Source: Thermoproteota archaeon (GTDB lineage Archaea; Thermoproteota; Nitrososphaeria_A; Caldarchaeales; Calditenuaceae). From it: a stretch of 64,000 bases of DNA. Positions 26,953 through 36,688 of this stretch are shown here, in pieces. A program made the translations under genes and the position numbers. How positions within the stretch are numbered: position 1 is the stretch's first letter; every line of letters starts with the position of its first letter. The notes beneath the pieces were generated by a model. The model did no database searches, had not been told where the DNA came from, and worked only from the letters and a program-made list of their open reading frames with translations. Location of the stretch: positions 92,602 through 156,601 of the forward strand of contig JAUQPU010000002.1 in assembly GCA_030550235.1 (NCBI GenBank), given 5' to 3'.

Positions 26953-27287
26953 CGAGCAGGGCATGTACAAGGTATTTCTCCACACCGTGGACAGCCTGCA
27001 CTGTATCTCGAGAGAAACTCTCTCTGAAGGTCTATTCCCAAGACGTTGCATGTGCTGAGCATCCATGCCAGTAGGTCTGCAAACTCGGGTCCAAGGTTTT
27101 TAGAGTTTTTGATATATGCGTCCGCCACTTCTCCAGCCTCCGAGAGCATCCATAGGAGCGTCCTCTCAGGCCCACGGGCAGCATCCCTCTCGCCATATAT
27201 CCTAGCCATAAGTCTCTGGCACTCTCTAAGCTCCAAACAATCCACCAGCGGGCCCCATATATGCCAACCACGTAAAAACCCTTCCAC
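26949..27287 (-). CDS. MazG-like nucleotide pyrophosphohydrolase (true start probably 27245 or 27236)
   Basis: SEAGEVADA..EFADLLAW; C-terminal CPRC..PCTC. Confidence 0.88.
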   Translation of the reverse strand: MEGFLRGWHIWGPLVDCLELRECQRLMARIYGERDAARGPERTLLWMLSEAGEVADAYIKNSKNLGPEFADLLAWMLSTCNVLGIDLQREFLSRYSAGCPRCGEIPCTCPAR

Positions 27288-27340
27288 ATAAAAGACAGTT
27301 CGCGTAAACCTTTTTCAACCCCAATCATTATAGAGGCTAT

Positions 27341-28291
27341 ATGTCGGCTGGAAGGCTCCTAAGAAGCCTCTTAAAGAGTAAGGAGCTGGTATTCACTGCC
27401 GGGGTCTATACACCGGTTCAGGCGCGCCTAGCCGAGATGGTAGGGCTCAAATGCATCTATGTCAGCGGATACTCATGCTCGATAGGGTATCTGTTAAAGC
27501 CTGACATAGGGTTCCTAAACCTCACAGATATGGTGAACTTCGCGGGAATGATAGCTCGGGCGGTCAGGGCTCCAGTAATCTCGGACGCTGACGACGCGTA
27601 TGGAAACGCTGTGACCTCTACGAGGACGGTTGAGGAGTTTGCGAGGGTGGGGGTTGCTGGGATACATGTTGAGGACCAGAGATTCCCGAAGAGATGCGGC
27701 CACCTCGCAGGCAAGCTGGTCCTACCTTTCGAGGAGGCTCTGTTGAAGCTGAAATCTATTCTCAATGCGCGGGACCAGGTTGATAGAGACTTTGTCATCA
27801 TCGCTAGGACAGACGTTCTGGGCTCGGAAGGGGGAACTGTGGAGGAGGCTGTTAGAAGGGGAATAGCATACGCCGACGCCGGAGCCGATGTAGTCTGGGC
27901 AGAGTTTAGATCACCGGACGACGAGGCGGCAAGGGTCTTCGCAGAGAAGGTTCTCAGCGAACATCCAGACACACCCCTCCTCTTCAACTATTCCTCATCA
28001 TTCAGATGGTCTAAGAGCAGGTATAGGCTACGCTTCCGGGATATAGCCGGGATGGGCTATAGGCTCCTTTTAGTGAGTATGGGAGGTCTTCAGGCAGAGC
28101 TTGTCCATGTTTGGAGGTATCTTAAGGGGCTTGTGGAGGATATGGAGGAGGCCCACTGGCGGCTTGAATCCGAGCTGGAAAGCACACCCTTCGAGAACCT
28201 CCACGAGTTCGTCGGCATAAGCAGGTACGCCGAGCTTGAGAGACTCTACCTGCCCAGCAGCGAGCTAAGGGAGAGATATGGTTCAGGATAA
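27341..28291 (+). CDS. aceA: Isocitrate lyase, short haloarchaeal type (ICL/PEP mutase family)
   Basis: DADDAYG, EDQRFPKRCGH, IARTD, FNYSSSFRWS. Confidence 0.75.
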   Translation: MSAGRLLRSLLKSKELVFTAGVYTPVQARLAEMVGLKCIYVSGYSCSIGYLLKPDIGFLNLTDMVNFAGMIARAVRAPVISDADDAYGNAVTSTRTVEEFARVGVAGIHVEDQRFPKRCGHLAGKLVLPFEEALLKLKSILNARDQVDRDFVIIARTDVLGSEGGTVEEAVRRGIAYADAGADVVWAEFRSPDDEAARVFAEKVLSEHPDTPLLFNYSSSFRWSKSRYRLRFRDIAGMGYRLLLVSMGGLQAELVHVWRYLKGLVEDMEEAHWRLESELESTPFENLHEFVGISRYAELERLYLPSSELRERYGSG

Positions 28292-28745
28292 GAATTATAG
28301 GCGTGTGGGGGAGGGTCTTAGTGGATTGCCCACCTATACAGGAGAAATAGTGGTTAGAACCCGTGGCGAGAATGATGTTGTGGACATAACTGATAAGGTC
28401 GAGAGCTATGTTGCCCGGTCGGGTGTGAAGAACGGTGTCGCCCACCTTTACGTCATCGGCTCAACAGCGGCATTAACGACGATGGAGTATGAGCCAGGCC
28501 TCATAGAGGATATCCGGAACGCCATGGAGAGGATAGCTCCTAGAAACGCCTACTACAAGCATCACGAGAGATGGGGAGACGATAATGGACACTCCCACAT
28601 AAGGGCCTCAATAATCGGCCCATCCCTCTGCATCCCAATCAGAGAAGGCTCACTAACCACAGGTACTTGGCAACAACTCATCCTCCTCGAGCTAGACACT
28701 CGTGCAAGAGAGAGGAGAATTTTAGTGACAGTCATAGGGGACTAA
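28278..28745 (+). CDS. yjbQ: YjbQ/UPF0047 family protein
   Basis: GSTAALTTME, NGHSHIRAS, GTWQQL..ELD. Confidence 0.9.
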   Translation: MVQDKNYRRVGEGLSGLPTYTGEIVVRTRGENDVVDITDKVESYVARSGVKNGVAHLYVIGSTAALTTMEYEPGLIEDIRNAMERIAPRNAYYKHHERWGDDNGHSHIRASIIGPSLCIPIREGSLTTGTWQQLILLELDTRARERRILVTVIGD

Positions 28746-28819
28746 GGGCCACGCGGACAACATGGAGCATAGCTATAGTCTAGGCTGTGTCCCCGAAAAA
28801 TTAACTGGGGAGCTGGCCT

Positions 28820-29245
28820 CTACGGTGGTGTTATCTTTATCGCCTGTACGGGACAGGCAGACTCGCAGGCCATGCAGAAGATGCAGTCAGACTCTCTGAT
28901 AGGCTCGGATTTATCCGTCCTATACTTCTCCCAGAGCTCCTTATCCTTCTCCGGTTCTATGATTTTGTCTTTCCCAGTCCCTGAGTAGCCGGGGTTCAGG
29001 GCCCACTCAAAGACATTGACGGGGCAAACATCCATACACGCGCCATCAGCGATACAGCTATCCCAGTCCACCGCCACGGCAGTCCCATGTATCCCAAGCC
29101 TAGTGGGGTACGGCTTCCCCTCACCATCGGGCCTCTCCAGGCCCTCACCCCATACAGCGTGACCATTATGTTCACCAGTCTTCGGCAGCTTCTTAGAGAA
29201 GTCAGGGTCGATTGGAGCTGATTTAAAATCAACTTGTCGGACCAT
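28820..29245 (-). CDS. zfx: Zinc-containing ferredoxin (Thermoplasma-type)
   Basis: GEHNGH..LGIHG Zn ligands; CIADGACMDVCP and CIFCMACESACP. Confidence 0.88.
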   Translation of the reverse strand: MVRQVDFKSAPIDPDFSKKLPKTGEHNGHAVWGEGLERPDGEGKPYPTRLGIHGTAVAVDWDSCIADGACMDVCPVNVFEWALNPGYSGTGKDKIIEPEKDKELWEKYRTDKSEPIRESDCIFCMACESACPVQAIKITPP

Positions 29246-29292
29246 CGCTATCGGAATCTTTAATCAAAGTCTACTATATCTACTTAACCCGT

Positions 29293-29643
29293 TTATACAG
29301 TTTCGAGTCTCAAGACTCTTGTAAAGCATGTGCGGGTGCCCTTATGGCATGCGGGGCCCTGGGGACTCACGAGGTAAATAACTGCGTCGCCGTCACAGTC
29401 TACTAGAATGTCGATGATTTTCATGTAGTTTCCGGAGGTCTCGCCCTTAAGCCATAGCCTCCCTCTGGACCTGCTGTAGAAGTATGCAAGCCCCTCGCGG
29501 AGGGACCTCTCAACCGCCTCTCTATTAGCGTGTGCAAACATCAGCACATCCTTTGTCTCATAGTCTTGGACAATGACGCTCACCAATCCTCCCAACTTCG
29601 AGAAATCCAGGCTTGATACTGTTACATTTTCTTGGCTGTTCAT
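29293..29643 (-). CDS. hisI: Phosphoribosyl-AMP cyclohydrolase
   Basis: YSRSR..LWLKGETSGN, DCDGD, ACHKG..TCF. Confidence 0.96.
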   Translation of the reverse strand: MNSQENVTVSSLDFSKLGGLVSVIVQDYETKDVLMFAHANREAVERSLREGLAYFYSRSRGRLWLKGETSGNYMKIIDILVDCDGDAVIYLVSPQGPACHKGTRTCFTRVLRLETV

Positions 29644-30407
29644 AATCTAACCTCAACCCCCTGAGAGATTAGATATTCTTTCACCTGCTTGATGGTGTAG
29701 ATTCCATAGTGGAAGACTGAGGCTGCGAGGACAGCATCCGCGCCTCCCTGTTTGATGGCTTCTAAAAAGTGTCTAAGGTCTCCGGCTCCCCCACTCGCTA
29801 TCACAGGGATTGTAACTATGCTTGATATGCGGCGTAATAGCTCGATGTCATATCCCGTCCTTCTCCCATCCTGGTCTATAGACGTCAGGAGTATCTCCCC
29901 GGCACCCAGCTCCTCACCCTTCTTGGCCCACCTCACGGCATCCAACCCCGTAGGCCTGGTTGCGCTGTGGCTGTATACTTGAAACCAGACCCGCCCCGAA
30001 TCATACTCCCGCCTCGCATCGATAGCCAACACAGTACACTGTGCGCCGAATCTTTCAGATATCTGTGAGATGATTGAGGGGTTTTGAATTGCGGCGGTAT
30101 TCACCGCAACCTTATCTGCGCCGTTTGCTAGTATCCTATAGGCGTCTTCTGCGCTTCTAACTCCTCCTCCCACGGTGAATGGTATGTTTATCTCTGAGGC
30201 CACCCTCCGTATGACATCTACAAAGGTCTCCCTACCCTCAATTGATGCGGAGATGTCGAGGAGGGCCAGCTCATCAGCCCCATCCTCCACATATTTAGAG
30301 GCTAATGCCACCGGGTCTCCAGCCGTCTGAAGCTCCCTGAAAGAGACACCTTTCACGACTACACCATGGTGAACATCAAGACAAGGTATGATCCTCTTAG
30401 CTATCAC
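29640..30407 (-). CDS. hisF: Imidazole glycerol phosphate synthase subunit HisF
   Basis: GTG start at 30407: [33 protein letters not shown]. Confidence 0.96.
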   Translation of the reverse strand: MIAKRIIPCLDVHHGVVVKGVSFRELQTAGDPVALASKYVEDGADELALLDISASIEGRETFVDVIRRVASEINIPFTVGGGVRSAEDAYRILANGADKVAVNTAAIQNPSIISQISERFGAQCTVLAIDARREYDSGRVWFQVYSHSATRPTGLDAVRWAKKGEELGAGEILLTSIDQDGRRTGYDIELLRRISSIVTIPVIASGGAGDLRHFLEAIKQGGADAVLAASVFHYGIYTIKQVKEYLISQGVEVRL

Positions 30408-31131
30408 CCACCACACCTTTCGCAGCCTTGATATACTCTTTGAGTGGTGCAAGCCTTTCATAATAGGCTCTACCAAGCACTATCCCTCTATAGCCGATGC
30501 TTGATAATGTCTTCACCTCGCGAGGGGTTGTAATTCCTCCGCTCGCGTAGATTACTCCTCTCCTCTCTACAGGTATTTTTTCAAGAAATCGCAGGTCGGG
30601 GCCCTCGAGGGTCCCATCCCTCTCAACCGCTGTCATCAGAATGTACTTCAGGGAGAAGTCGTCGACTATTCTTAAGCCCTCCTCAATCCTCATCAGGCTT
30701 GTCATGCTCCATCCTTCATAGACTATGCCGTCCTTGTTGAAGTCGAGTGCAGCGACCAACCTCTCGGGGCCATAGTCTCTCACAAGCTCTTTTACCAGCT
30801 CCCTATTCTTAAATAAGATAGTGCCGATAATTATTCTCTCTGCTCCAATCTCAAAGACCTTCTCGACCCGTTCTCTAGATCGGAGTCCCCCACCAACTTG
30901 TACCGCCTTACCCTCAGCGTTCTTTATTATCTCCTTTATCACCTCTATGTTGTTCCCCTTGTTTAGGGCTGCGTCTACATCGACTATGTGGATGCCGTCT
31001 ATCTCTGTAGAGGCCAGCTGTCTCGCTACGTATGCCGGGTTGTTGGAATAGACGAACATATTCCCTAAATCGCCCTTCATTAGCCTAACTACGCGGCCCT
31101 CCAGCAGATCAATCGCGACCCATATCTCCAT
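30397..31131 (-). CDS. hisA: ProFAR isomerase HisA
   Basis: AIDLLEGRVVRL, HIVDVD, QVGGGLR, RDGTLEGPD, ASGG. Confidence 0.92.
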   Translation of the reverse strand: MEIWVAIDLLEGRVVRLMKGDLGNMFVYSNNPAYVARQLASTEIDGIHIVDVDAALNKGNNIEVIKEIIKNAEGKAVQVGGGLRSRERVEKVFEIGAERIIIGTILFKNRELVKELVRDYGPERLVAALDFNKDGIVYEGWSMTSLMRIEEGLRIVDDFSLKYILMTAVERDGTLEGPDLRFLEKIPVERRGVIYASGGITTPREVKTLSSIGYRGIVLGRAYYERLAPLKEYIKAAKGVVGDS

Positions 31132-31183
31132 GTATCCATGCATTGCTGGACAAGCCACCATAAATACGCATTCTTACCACTGC

Positions 31184-32218
31184 CTACACATTTATGCTAG
31201 GCCAGCTTTCCAGCGGCTGTGTTGAATTCAGAATGTGGGCTCCCATGTCTGCAAACCTCCTGAAGGCTATGTCTGCCTCCATTGAATAGTCAACGACGCC
31301 GGGGACAACGACGGGAGAAGTGCAGTCCTCGAGAAGATAGATTCTTGAGACGAGCTGCGGCCTCCTTTCCCTAACAGCCTCTATTAAGTCTGAGACTGTC
31401 CAAGCGACGCAGTGGCTCTTGGCCTCCCCCGCCACTATTATGGCATCATAAGAGAGGATATGATTAATCAGCATTTCATCCCTCTCACCTATAACCTCCC
31501 CGCCTGGTCCTCTCTTAACCTCAGGCCCTAGGGCTGAGTAGTGCTCCGTCAATGGCGAGTAACCTTTCATCCTAACTATAGGCTGGGATGACCTTGCCAC
31601 GGCGTGGAAAAACACCGCCTCCTCCACGAGAGGAACTAGGGCGTGCCCGACTCCACCCAGCATAGCGTGAAATGGCCATATGGTTAGCTCATACTTCCCA
31701 CCCTTCTCCAAACTCTCGACATAATGCCTAACATAGGCCTGCAGGTACTCGAGGCTTATCCCTAGAGTCTTGGCAGCCTCGGCGGAGACTCTCCATCTAC
31801 CCTCCCTAACATCCTCGACAGAGATACGTGTGTAGGGATCTGGATGCCTACCCTCAGCATCCTCAAAAAAGAGGGAGTGGAAGATCTGATAGGCCTGGTG
31901 CGTATCCATTGTGGCGACAATCCTAGTTATCGATGAGAGGTTTCTGTAGATGAAGGATGCCAGCCTCTGGCTGTCCTCTACTGCGCCTCTTCCAGACTTT
32001 CCGGCCACGAAGAGCTCAAAGCCAGGTATACAGAAGGTGTTCTGGACGTCTATTAGCAGTAGGCAGACTTTGAACTCATCATTCGAGGATGGCTTGACGG
32101 AGTGCCTCCTACTCCACTCCAGCGCCTGGGCAGCCCTCTCCTGGTAGGGGACTCGCCAAACTTTGTCTGCTTGTAGTGGGTCGAAGTGTGGGGGGAGAGG
32201 AAGCTCCCTAAACATCAT
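31184..32218 (-). CDS. Isochorismatase/nicotinamidase-like cysteine hydrolase (long form)
   Basis: IDVQNTFC, MDTH, WPFHA, KG, GEAKSHCV, EDCTS. Confidence 0.82.
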   Translation of the reverse strand: MMFRELPLPPHFDPLQADKVWRVPYQERAAQALEWSRRHSVKPSSNDEFKVCLLLIDVQNTFCIPGFELFVAGKSGRGAVEDSQRLASFIYRNLSSITRIVATMDTHQAYQIFHSLFFEDAEGRHPDPYTRISVEDVREGRWRVSAEAAKTLGISLEYLQAYVRHYVESLEKGGKYELTIWPFHAMLGGVGHALVPLVEEAVFFHAVARSSQPIVRMKGYSPLTEHYSALGPEVKRGPGGEVIGERDEMLINHILSYDAIIVAGEAKSHCVAWTVSDLIEAVRERRPQLVSRIYLLEDCTSPVVVPGVVDYSMEADIAFRRFADMGAHILNSTQPLESWPSINV

Positions 32219-32271
32219 GAATATACATGTGTAGGCCTCATATTGGCTTTTCCCACTTTACCAAGATGATG

Positions 32272-32895
32272 CTAAACTGTTTGGCTTTCCGTCTGGGCCT
32301 GAGGAGGCTGCTCCGGAAGCGTGAAGAACGCAACTATCTGGAGTATAATCGACACCAATAGAATTACAAATCCAACCAGAATTATGGTGGTTGCGGCTCC
32401 GATAAGATATAGCAGGCCGGTGGTTGAGAAGAGGCCTGCACCGAGTTTCCTAGAGATGGAGCTATAGCTTCTTCTAAGAAAAATACCGGACGCTATACCG
32501 AATATCCAGATAATTATCAGGGCTACTAATATCGCTACAAGTAGGTCGAGAAATAGGTTTAAAACCTGTTGGTTAGTTAGCCTACCCGGGAGACCATCGA
32601 CGAGTGATGAGATATTCAAGATCTGGAGAATGCTTTGGAAACCTAGAGCAAAGCCAACTGCAACCCCCGCAGCTCCACCCACGACAGTCAATATCACTGC
32701 AAGCAGCATGTTGTTAAAGATCGATTGGTCGCCAACCACGTCTGATATCCTCTTAATAGCAATGACGACGAGGATAAGCCCGACAATGTAGAGGATGAAG
32801 CCGACCTGCGGCGCTAATGCCAGTAGCATGAGTATCGAGCCGATTCCCCCGAGGTATTTCGCGTCGGTGAGGCTACTCATCCTACCTCCACACAA
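32272..32895 (-). CDS. DUF996-family membrane protein
   Basis: AKYLGGIGSIL, LYLIGAATTIILVG, IVAFFTLP. Confidence 0.8.
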   Translation of the reverse strand: MCGGRMSSLTDAKYLGGIGSILMLLALAPQVGFILYIVGLILVVIAIKRISDVVGDQSIFNNMLLAVILTVVGGAAGVAVGFALGFQSILQILNISSLVDGLPGRLTNQQVLNLFLDLLVAILVALIIIWIFGIASGIFLRRSYSSISRKLGAGLFSTTGLLYLIGAATTIILVGFVILLVSIILQIVAFFTLPEQPPQAQTESQTV

Positions 32896-32928
32896 TCTAG
32901 TCCTTTATAATCTTTAGTTTGTGATGCG

Positions 32929-33975
32929 TCAGTACCTGACACGCGGGTCGAGGATGAGGTAAAGTGTCTCGAGTAGGAGCCTAGCTGCGACGTAGATTAG
33001 CCCGTACATGTAGGTTAGGGCCACTATTACGGCCTCATCCCCCCTGACTACTGCGTCGTAGTAAAGCCTACCCATGCCGGGCCAGTTGAATATAGTCTCG
33101 GTGAGTATCGCGCCTCCTAGCGAGCCTGCGAGGCTGAAGACTACAATGGTTATGATGGGCGGTGCGGCAGCTCTCAAGATGTGTCTCCTGATGACGACGC
33201 CCTCTGGCAGGCCCCTGGCCTTTGCGGCTGTCACGAAGTCTTCTTGGGCCACGTTCAAAACTATTGTCCTCGCGGCGTAGACGGATGGTCCTATGCTCAC
33301 TGCCACGAGAGTTGTGACAGGTAGTATTGAGTGCCAGAGTACGTCTAGAATTATGAGGTGTGGCTGAGTGGGCGGTGGAGAGCTCATCACACCGCCAGGA
33401 GGGAGCAGCCTCACATAATATACCAACAGGAGAAGGAGTATTATTCCTGTCCACCAGCTGGGGAGGCCGTTCGAGATTGCTGCTAGGTAGACTGCTACCC
33501 TGTCGGTCCTGCTTCCCGGGTTTAGAGCGAGCTTGAGACCGATGTAGATTCCCGCGATTGATGAGATGAGGACGGCTGATGTGACAAGCATAACTGTGAA
33601 GGGGAGCCGCTCCATTATTATATCGCTGATTTTCCTGCTCCCGCTGAACCCCTCAATCACCTTGGACTCGCCCAAGTCTAGCAGGACCACCCGCCTAACG
33701 ATGTCGGGTAACCTGTAGTACCAGGGCTTGTTAAGACCATAGGACTCTATCAGCTCCTGCCTCCTCGCAGCGAGGGCATTTTCTAGTTCTGTCGGGTCTG
33801 TTATGCGCTGTGCAAGGCTCTGTCTCAGGTTTCTCAGCTCCTCGTTTATCGTGGCCATTACGACTCTCTCAGAGAACCCGCTTGCGCCTAATATGGCGAC
33901 GAGTATGGCGATTACAACGAGAAGTACTAGGCCCAGAGTTGCGGCCCTGGCTGCCAGCGTCCTTACTGCGCCCAC
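32929..33975 (-). CDS. Peptide/nickel-type ABC permease (DppB/OppB)
   Basis: DLGES, RLPFT, EDFVTAAKARGL, ETIFNWPGMG, LDPRVR. Confidence 0.92.
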   Translation of the reverse strand: MGAVRTLAARAATLGLVLLVVIAILVAILGASGFSERVVMATINEELRNLRQSLAQRITDPTELENALAARRQELIESYGLNKPWYYRLPDIVRRVVLLDLGESKVIEGFSGSRKISDIIMERLPFTVMLVTSAVLISSIAGIYIGLKLALNPGSRTDRVAVYLAAISNGLPSWWTGIILLLLLVYYVRLLPPGGVMSSPPPTQPHLIILDVLWHSILPVTTLVAVSIGPSVYAARTIVLNVAQEDFVTAAKARGLPEGVVIRRHILRAAAPPIITIVVFSLAGSLGGAILTETIFNWPGMGRLYYDAVVRGDEAVIVALTYMYGLIYVAARLLLETLYLILDPRVRY

Positions 33976-36548
33976 TACCTCCCCCTACGTCTAAGAAGAG
34001 CGGCCAGGATTAAAACAACAACTAAAGCCACGGCTACGCCAATGTAGAGGAGGGTTGGCTGCAGTGTCTCGGCTGCTCCAGCCTCTCTGGTAGTTGTCCG
34101 CTGGGTTTGAGTTGTAGTCTCCCCAGTGATTGTTGGCTTCCCAGTCACAACTCGGAGGTCACCCTCAATCTCCAGCACTATTCCGATCATATCAGGGTTG
34201 TAGGCGATGACTGAGAGTTTGTAGAGTCCTGGCCTCAGCTTAGACGCGGCCTCAGCCGAGACCCGGATCTCGTAGGAGTCCATGCCGGTGTGTGTTGCCT
34301 CGCCTGTGGCCACGACCATGCTCTGAGACGCGTCTTGTATAAGGTATCTGACACCGGTGCCGGGTGGTGCGTTGAGTCTGAAGGTTATTGTCCCGCCTGC
34401 CTGCGTGTTCAGCTCGCCTGAGATGGAAGATGTAATGGAGAGCTGTGGGGGTTTAGCGAACTCTGACCATCTGCCGGGGCTGAATGGGTAGGATGTATCT
34501 CTGAAGGCTACAAGCTCGGCCGTCTGGCTTGGGCCGTCAAACCTGACCAGCATAAAGGGCCCCTGACCGATAACGAGGTGTCTGTACTTTCTAAACCACT
34601 CGATGGAGGCGCGGTATCTGGCCTCTGCCTCACCCCAGCTCACCTGGTAACTGCCATCAATGCTAAGCACCTTCTCAGGCAGGTAACTAGAAGATAGGAA
34701 CTCGCCCAAGACAACCTCCGCCAAGTATCTCGAGACGCGCTCCTTGACTAGGTTTATCCAGCCCAGCTCAGGGTTAAACCTCGCAGCCGCTGTATCCGTG
34801 TAGGCCGCCTGCCTCTTCTCAAAGACCAGGACATCCATGGCAAATAGAACCTCCCAAGGCATAGAGAGGGAGACTGGCAGAGCGTACTCGGCTACAACCT
34901 CAGGCTCGAAGTGCCAGTAATCAACATAGACCTCAAGTTTAGTTCCATCCACTATCCTAAATCCCTTGAATGTCTCGAGATAGGGTCTGGAGGTCACGGC
35001 TATAGCGGTCTCGATTCTGCTCTTCCGCTCATTGTAGGCTATGTCGAAGGCCTGGTAGATTGGGTAGAGTATGTCTGCCCAGGTGATTGGCTGTCCATGG
35101 TGCCACTTTGCACCGAGATACTTTGAGAAGTCATAGATAATCTTGCTCTTCGCAGTTACGCCTGACCCAACACTTCGCCAGCCACCCATCTGGGCATCCC
35201 AGATGAAGGCGTCTGCCGGCACTTGGACTGTGGGCTGGGGAGCCGAGGTCTCAACTCTGAAGTCGGCCCTGAAGGGTATAGGCTTCCCCGAGAACGGGTG
35301 CCTCGCGATTGGAGGGTCGACTATGTTGCGGTAGATGTCGACGCTATAGACGTCGCCGAAGCCTCCGACTGGGTTCCAGGCGCTCCTACCACCTGGGGGC
35401 TCAACCCATAGATGCCCGACAAGAAGCGTCTTGTCTCCACGCTTCACATTCAGGCTCTCTCTCAGCGTATAGATTGAGCGGGGGCCTCCCACGATGTCGA
35501 GGATTAATGGGGAGACAGCTGGGCTTGAGGGAAAAATGCTGATGGCTGTGGCAACCCAGATCCTAACTGACTCTTGGACGCAGAGGCTCGTCATTCTCCT
35601 GAAGAGCTCGTCGCGCTCCTCCCTGCTCCCGTAGTCGCCCCTGAAAAGCCTCTTGCCCAGCTCGTCTATGGTCGAGTTTTCATACTGCCAGAAACCCACC
35701 TCCCTCCAGCCAGGCATGTTGCCCAGCCACGGGGCGCAGAACTGGTTTATGCTGCCTGCCTCATACCGACCGGCGCCCCCTCTCCCCCAGCCCTCAGTAT
35801 AGATGTGCCAGTCAAATGCTGCTGGATCCCTTGAATAGACCCGCTCAACGGCAGGCCCGAACTCCAGCAATATCGGCTCGACTCTAAATCCAAGCCTCTC
35901 CAACTCATTCCTAAGCATCTCGCCAATCTCCCTCCTCTCATCCTCCGACCTGTAAATCAGCTTCAGCGAAACTTCCCTCCCCCCATACCTCCAAACACCA
36001 TCCACAAGCTCCGCCCCAGCCTTCCTCATCGCCTCGATCACAACTGACCGGGCATAATCCGGGTCGTAGCGTATCCCCAGCGACTTAACATCCTCGAAGA
36101 CTGTGACGTAGTCTAGGTCGAAGGGGCTGACGAAAGTGTACATGGGCTGGGCCATCCCCTTAAAGATAACCGAGACTATCTCATCCCTGTTCACTATGTA
36201 CTGCATTGCCTGCCTGATCTCCCTTATAGAGAACGGGTTGAGCTGGCCGCTTGGAGCAGGTGCCGGGTTCAGTATTATCGAATACATCGTCGCCGGGGCC
36301 TCGATGAGCTTGATTGAAGGATCGTCTCTTAGACGACGGGCGGTCTCAGTCTTCAGATTAAACAGGAAAATGTCTATCCTGCCTGCCTTGATTTCCCTAT
36401 CCGCAATGTCCTGCGAGCCTATCCCCCTGAATATTATCCTCTCGGCTGCGGGTCCACGCAGCTCGGACTGACCATTAGACACTTCTATTAGGGACAGCTG
36501 GGTGACTGTTAGCAGTAGGGCGGAGATCAGTGCTATCAGGATGCGCAT
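33975..36548 (-). CDS. Family 5 ABC substrate-binding protein with C-terminal TM anchor
   Basis: Signal peptide from ATG 36548 (MRILIAL), NPFSIREIRQAM, WHHGQPITWAD, GQGPF, Thr-rich linker + TM + RRRGR. Confidence 0.88.
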   Translation of the reverse strand: MRILIALISALLLTVTQLSLIEVSNGQSELRGPAAERIIFRGIGSQDIADREIKAGRIDIFLFNLKTETARRLRDDPSIKLIEAPATMYSIILNPAPAPSGQLNPFSIREIRQAMQYIVNRDEIVSVIFKGMAQPMYTFVSPFDLDYVTVFEDVKSLGIRYDPDYARSVVIEAMRKAGAELVDGVWRYGGREVSLKLIYRSEDERREIGEMLRNELERLGFRVEPILLEFGPAVERVYSRDPAAFDWHIYTEGWGRGGAGRYEAGSINQFCAPWLGNMPGWREVGFWQYENSTIDELGKRLFRGDYGSREERDELFRRMTSLCVQESVRIWVATAISIFPSSPAVSPLILDIVGGPRSIYTLRESLNVKRGDKTLLVGHLWVEPPGGRSAWNPVGGFGDVYSVDIYRNIVDPPIARHPFSGKPIPFRADFRVETSAPQPTVQVPADAFIWDAQMGGWRSVGSGVTAKSKIIYDFSKYLGAKWHHGQPITWADILYPIYQAFDIAYNERKSRIETAIAVTSRPYLETFKGFRIVDGTKLEVYVDYWHFEPEVVAEYALPVSLSMPWEVLFAMDVLVFEKRQAAYTDTAAARFNPELGWINLVKERVSRYLAEVVLGEFLSSSYLPEKVLSIDGSYQVSWGEAEARYRASIEWFRKYRHLVIGQGPFMLVRFDGPSQTAELVAFRDTSYPFSPGRWSEFAKPPQLSITSSISGELNTQAGGTITFRLNAPPGTGVRYLIQDASQSMVVATGEATHTGMDSYEIRVSAEAASKLRPGLYKLSVIAYNPDMIGIVLEIEGDLRVVTGKPTITGETTTQTQRTTTREAGAAETLQPTLLYIGVAVALVVVLILAALLRRRGR

Positions 36549-36611
36549 TCCAGGTCTGGAGAAAGTAATGAGGGCAAATAGATAAGTTTTGGGCATCCAC
36601 CACTAGGAAAT

Positions 36612-36682
36612 AGCCGAAACGTCTCGTACCGCAGGGCATTCTGACGCCTAGGTACTTGAGACTACCGCGTCTCCTCTCGGAT
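36612..36682. other. Candidate structured intergenic RNA/hairpin
   Basis: Nested stems GTCTC/GAGAC, GTACC/GGTAC, GGCAT/ACGCC at 36621-36662; alternative pairing of GAGAC with GTCTC 36669-73; outer CCGA/TCGG. Confidence 0.35.
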
Positions 36683-36688
36683 ACCTTC

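Noticed and set aside
26785-27287. mazEFG toxin-antitoxin module
   Set aside because: No MazF/VapC toxin, and the genes are convergent rather than operonic
29640-30476. N-terminal extension on HisF (similar extensions on HisA, MazG, SBP, Nudix, GT4)
   Set aside because: Longest-ORF artefacts; better starts lie downstream
36612-36662. Hammerhead ribozyme (GAAAC and CTGA present)
   Set aside because: CTGACGC does not match CUGANGA and the stem order does not fit
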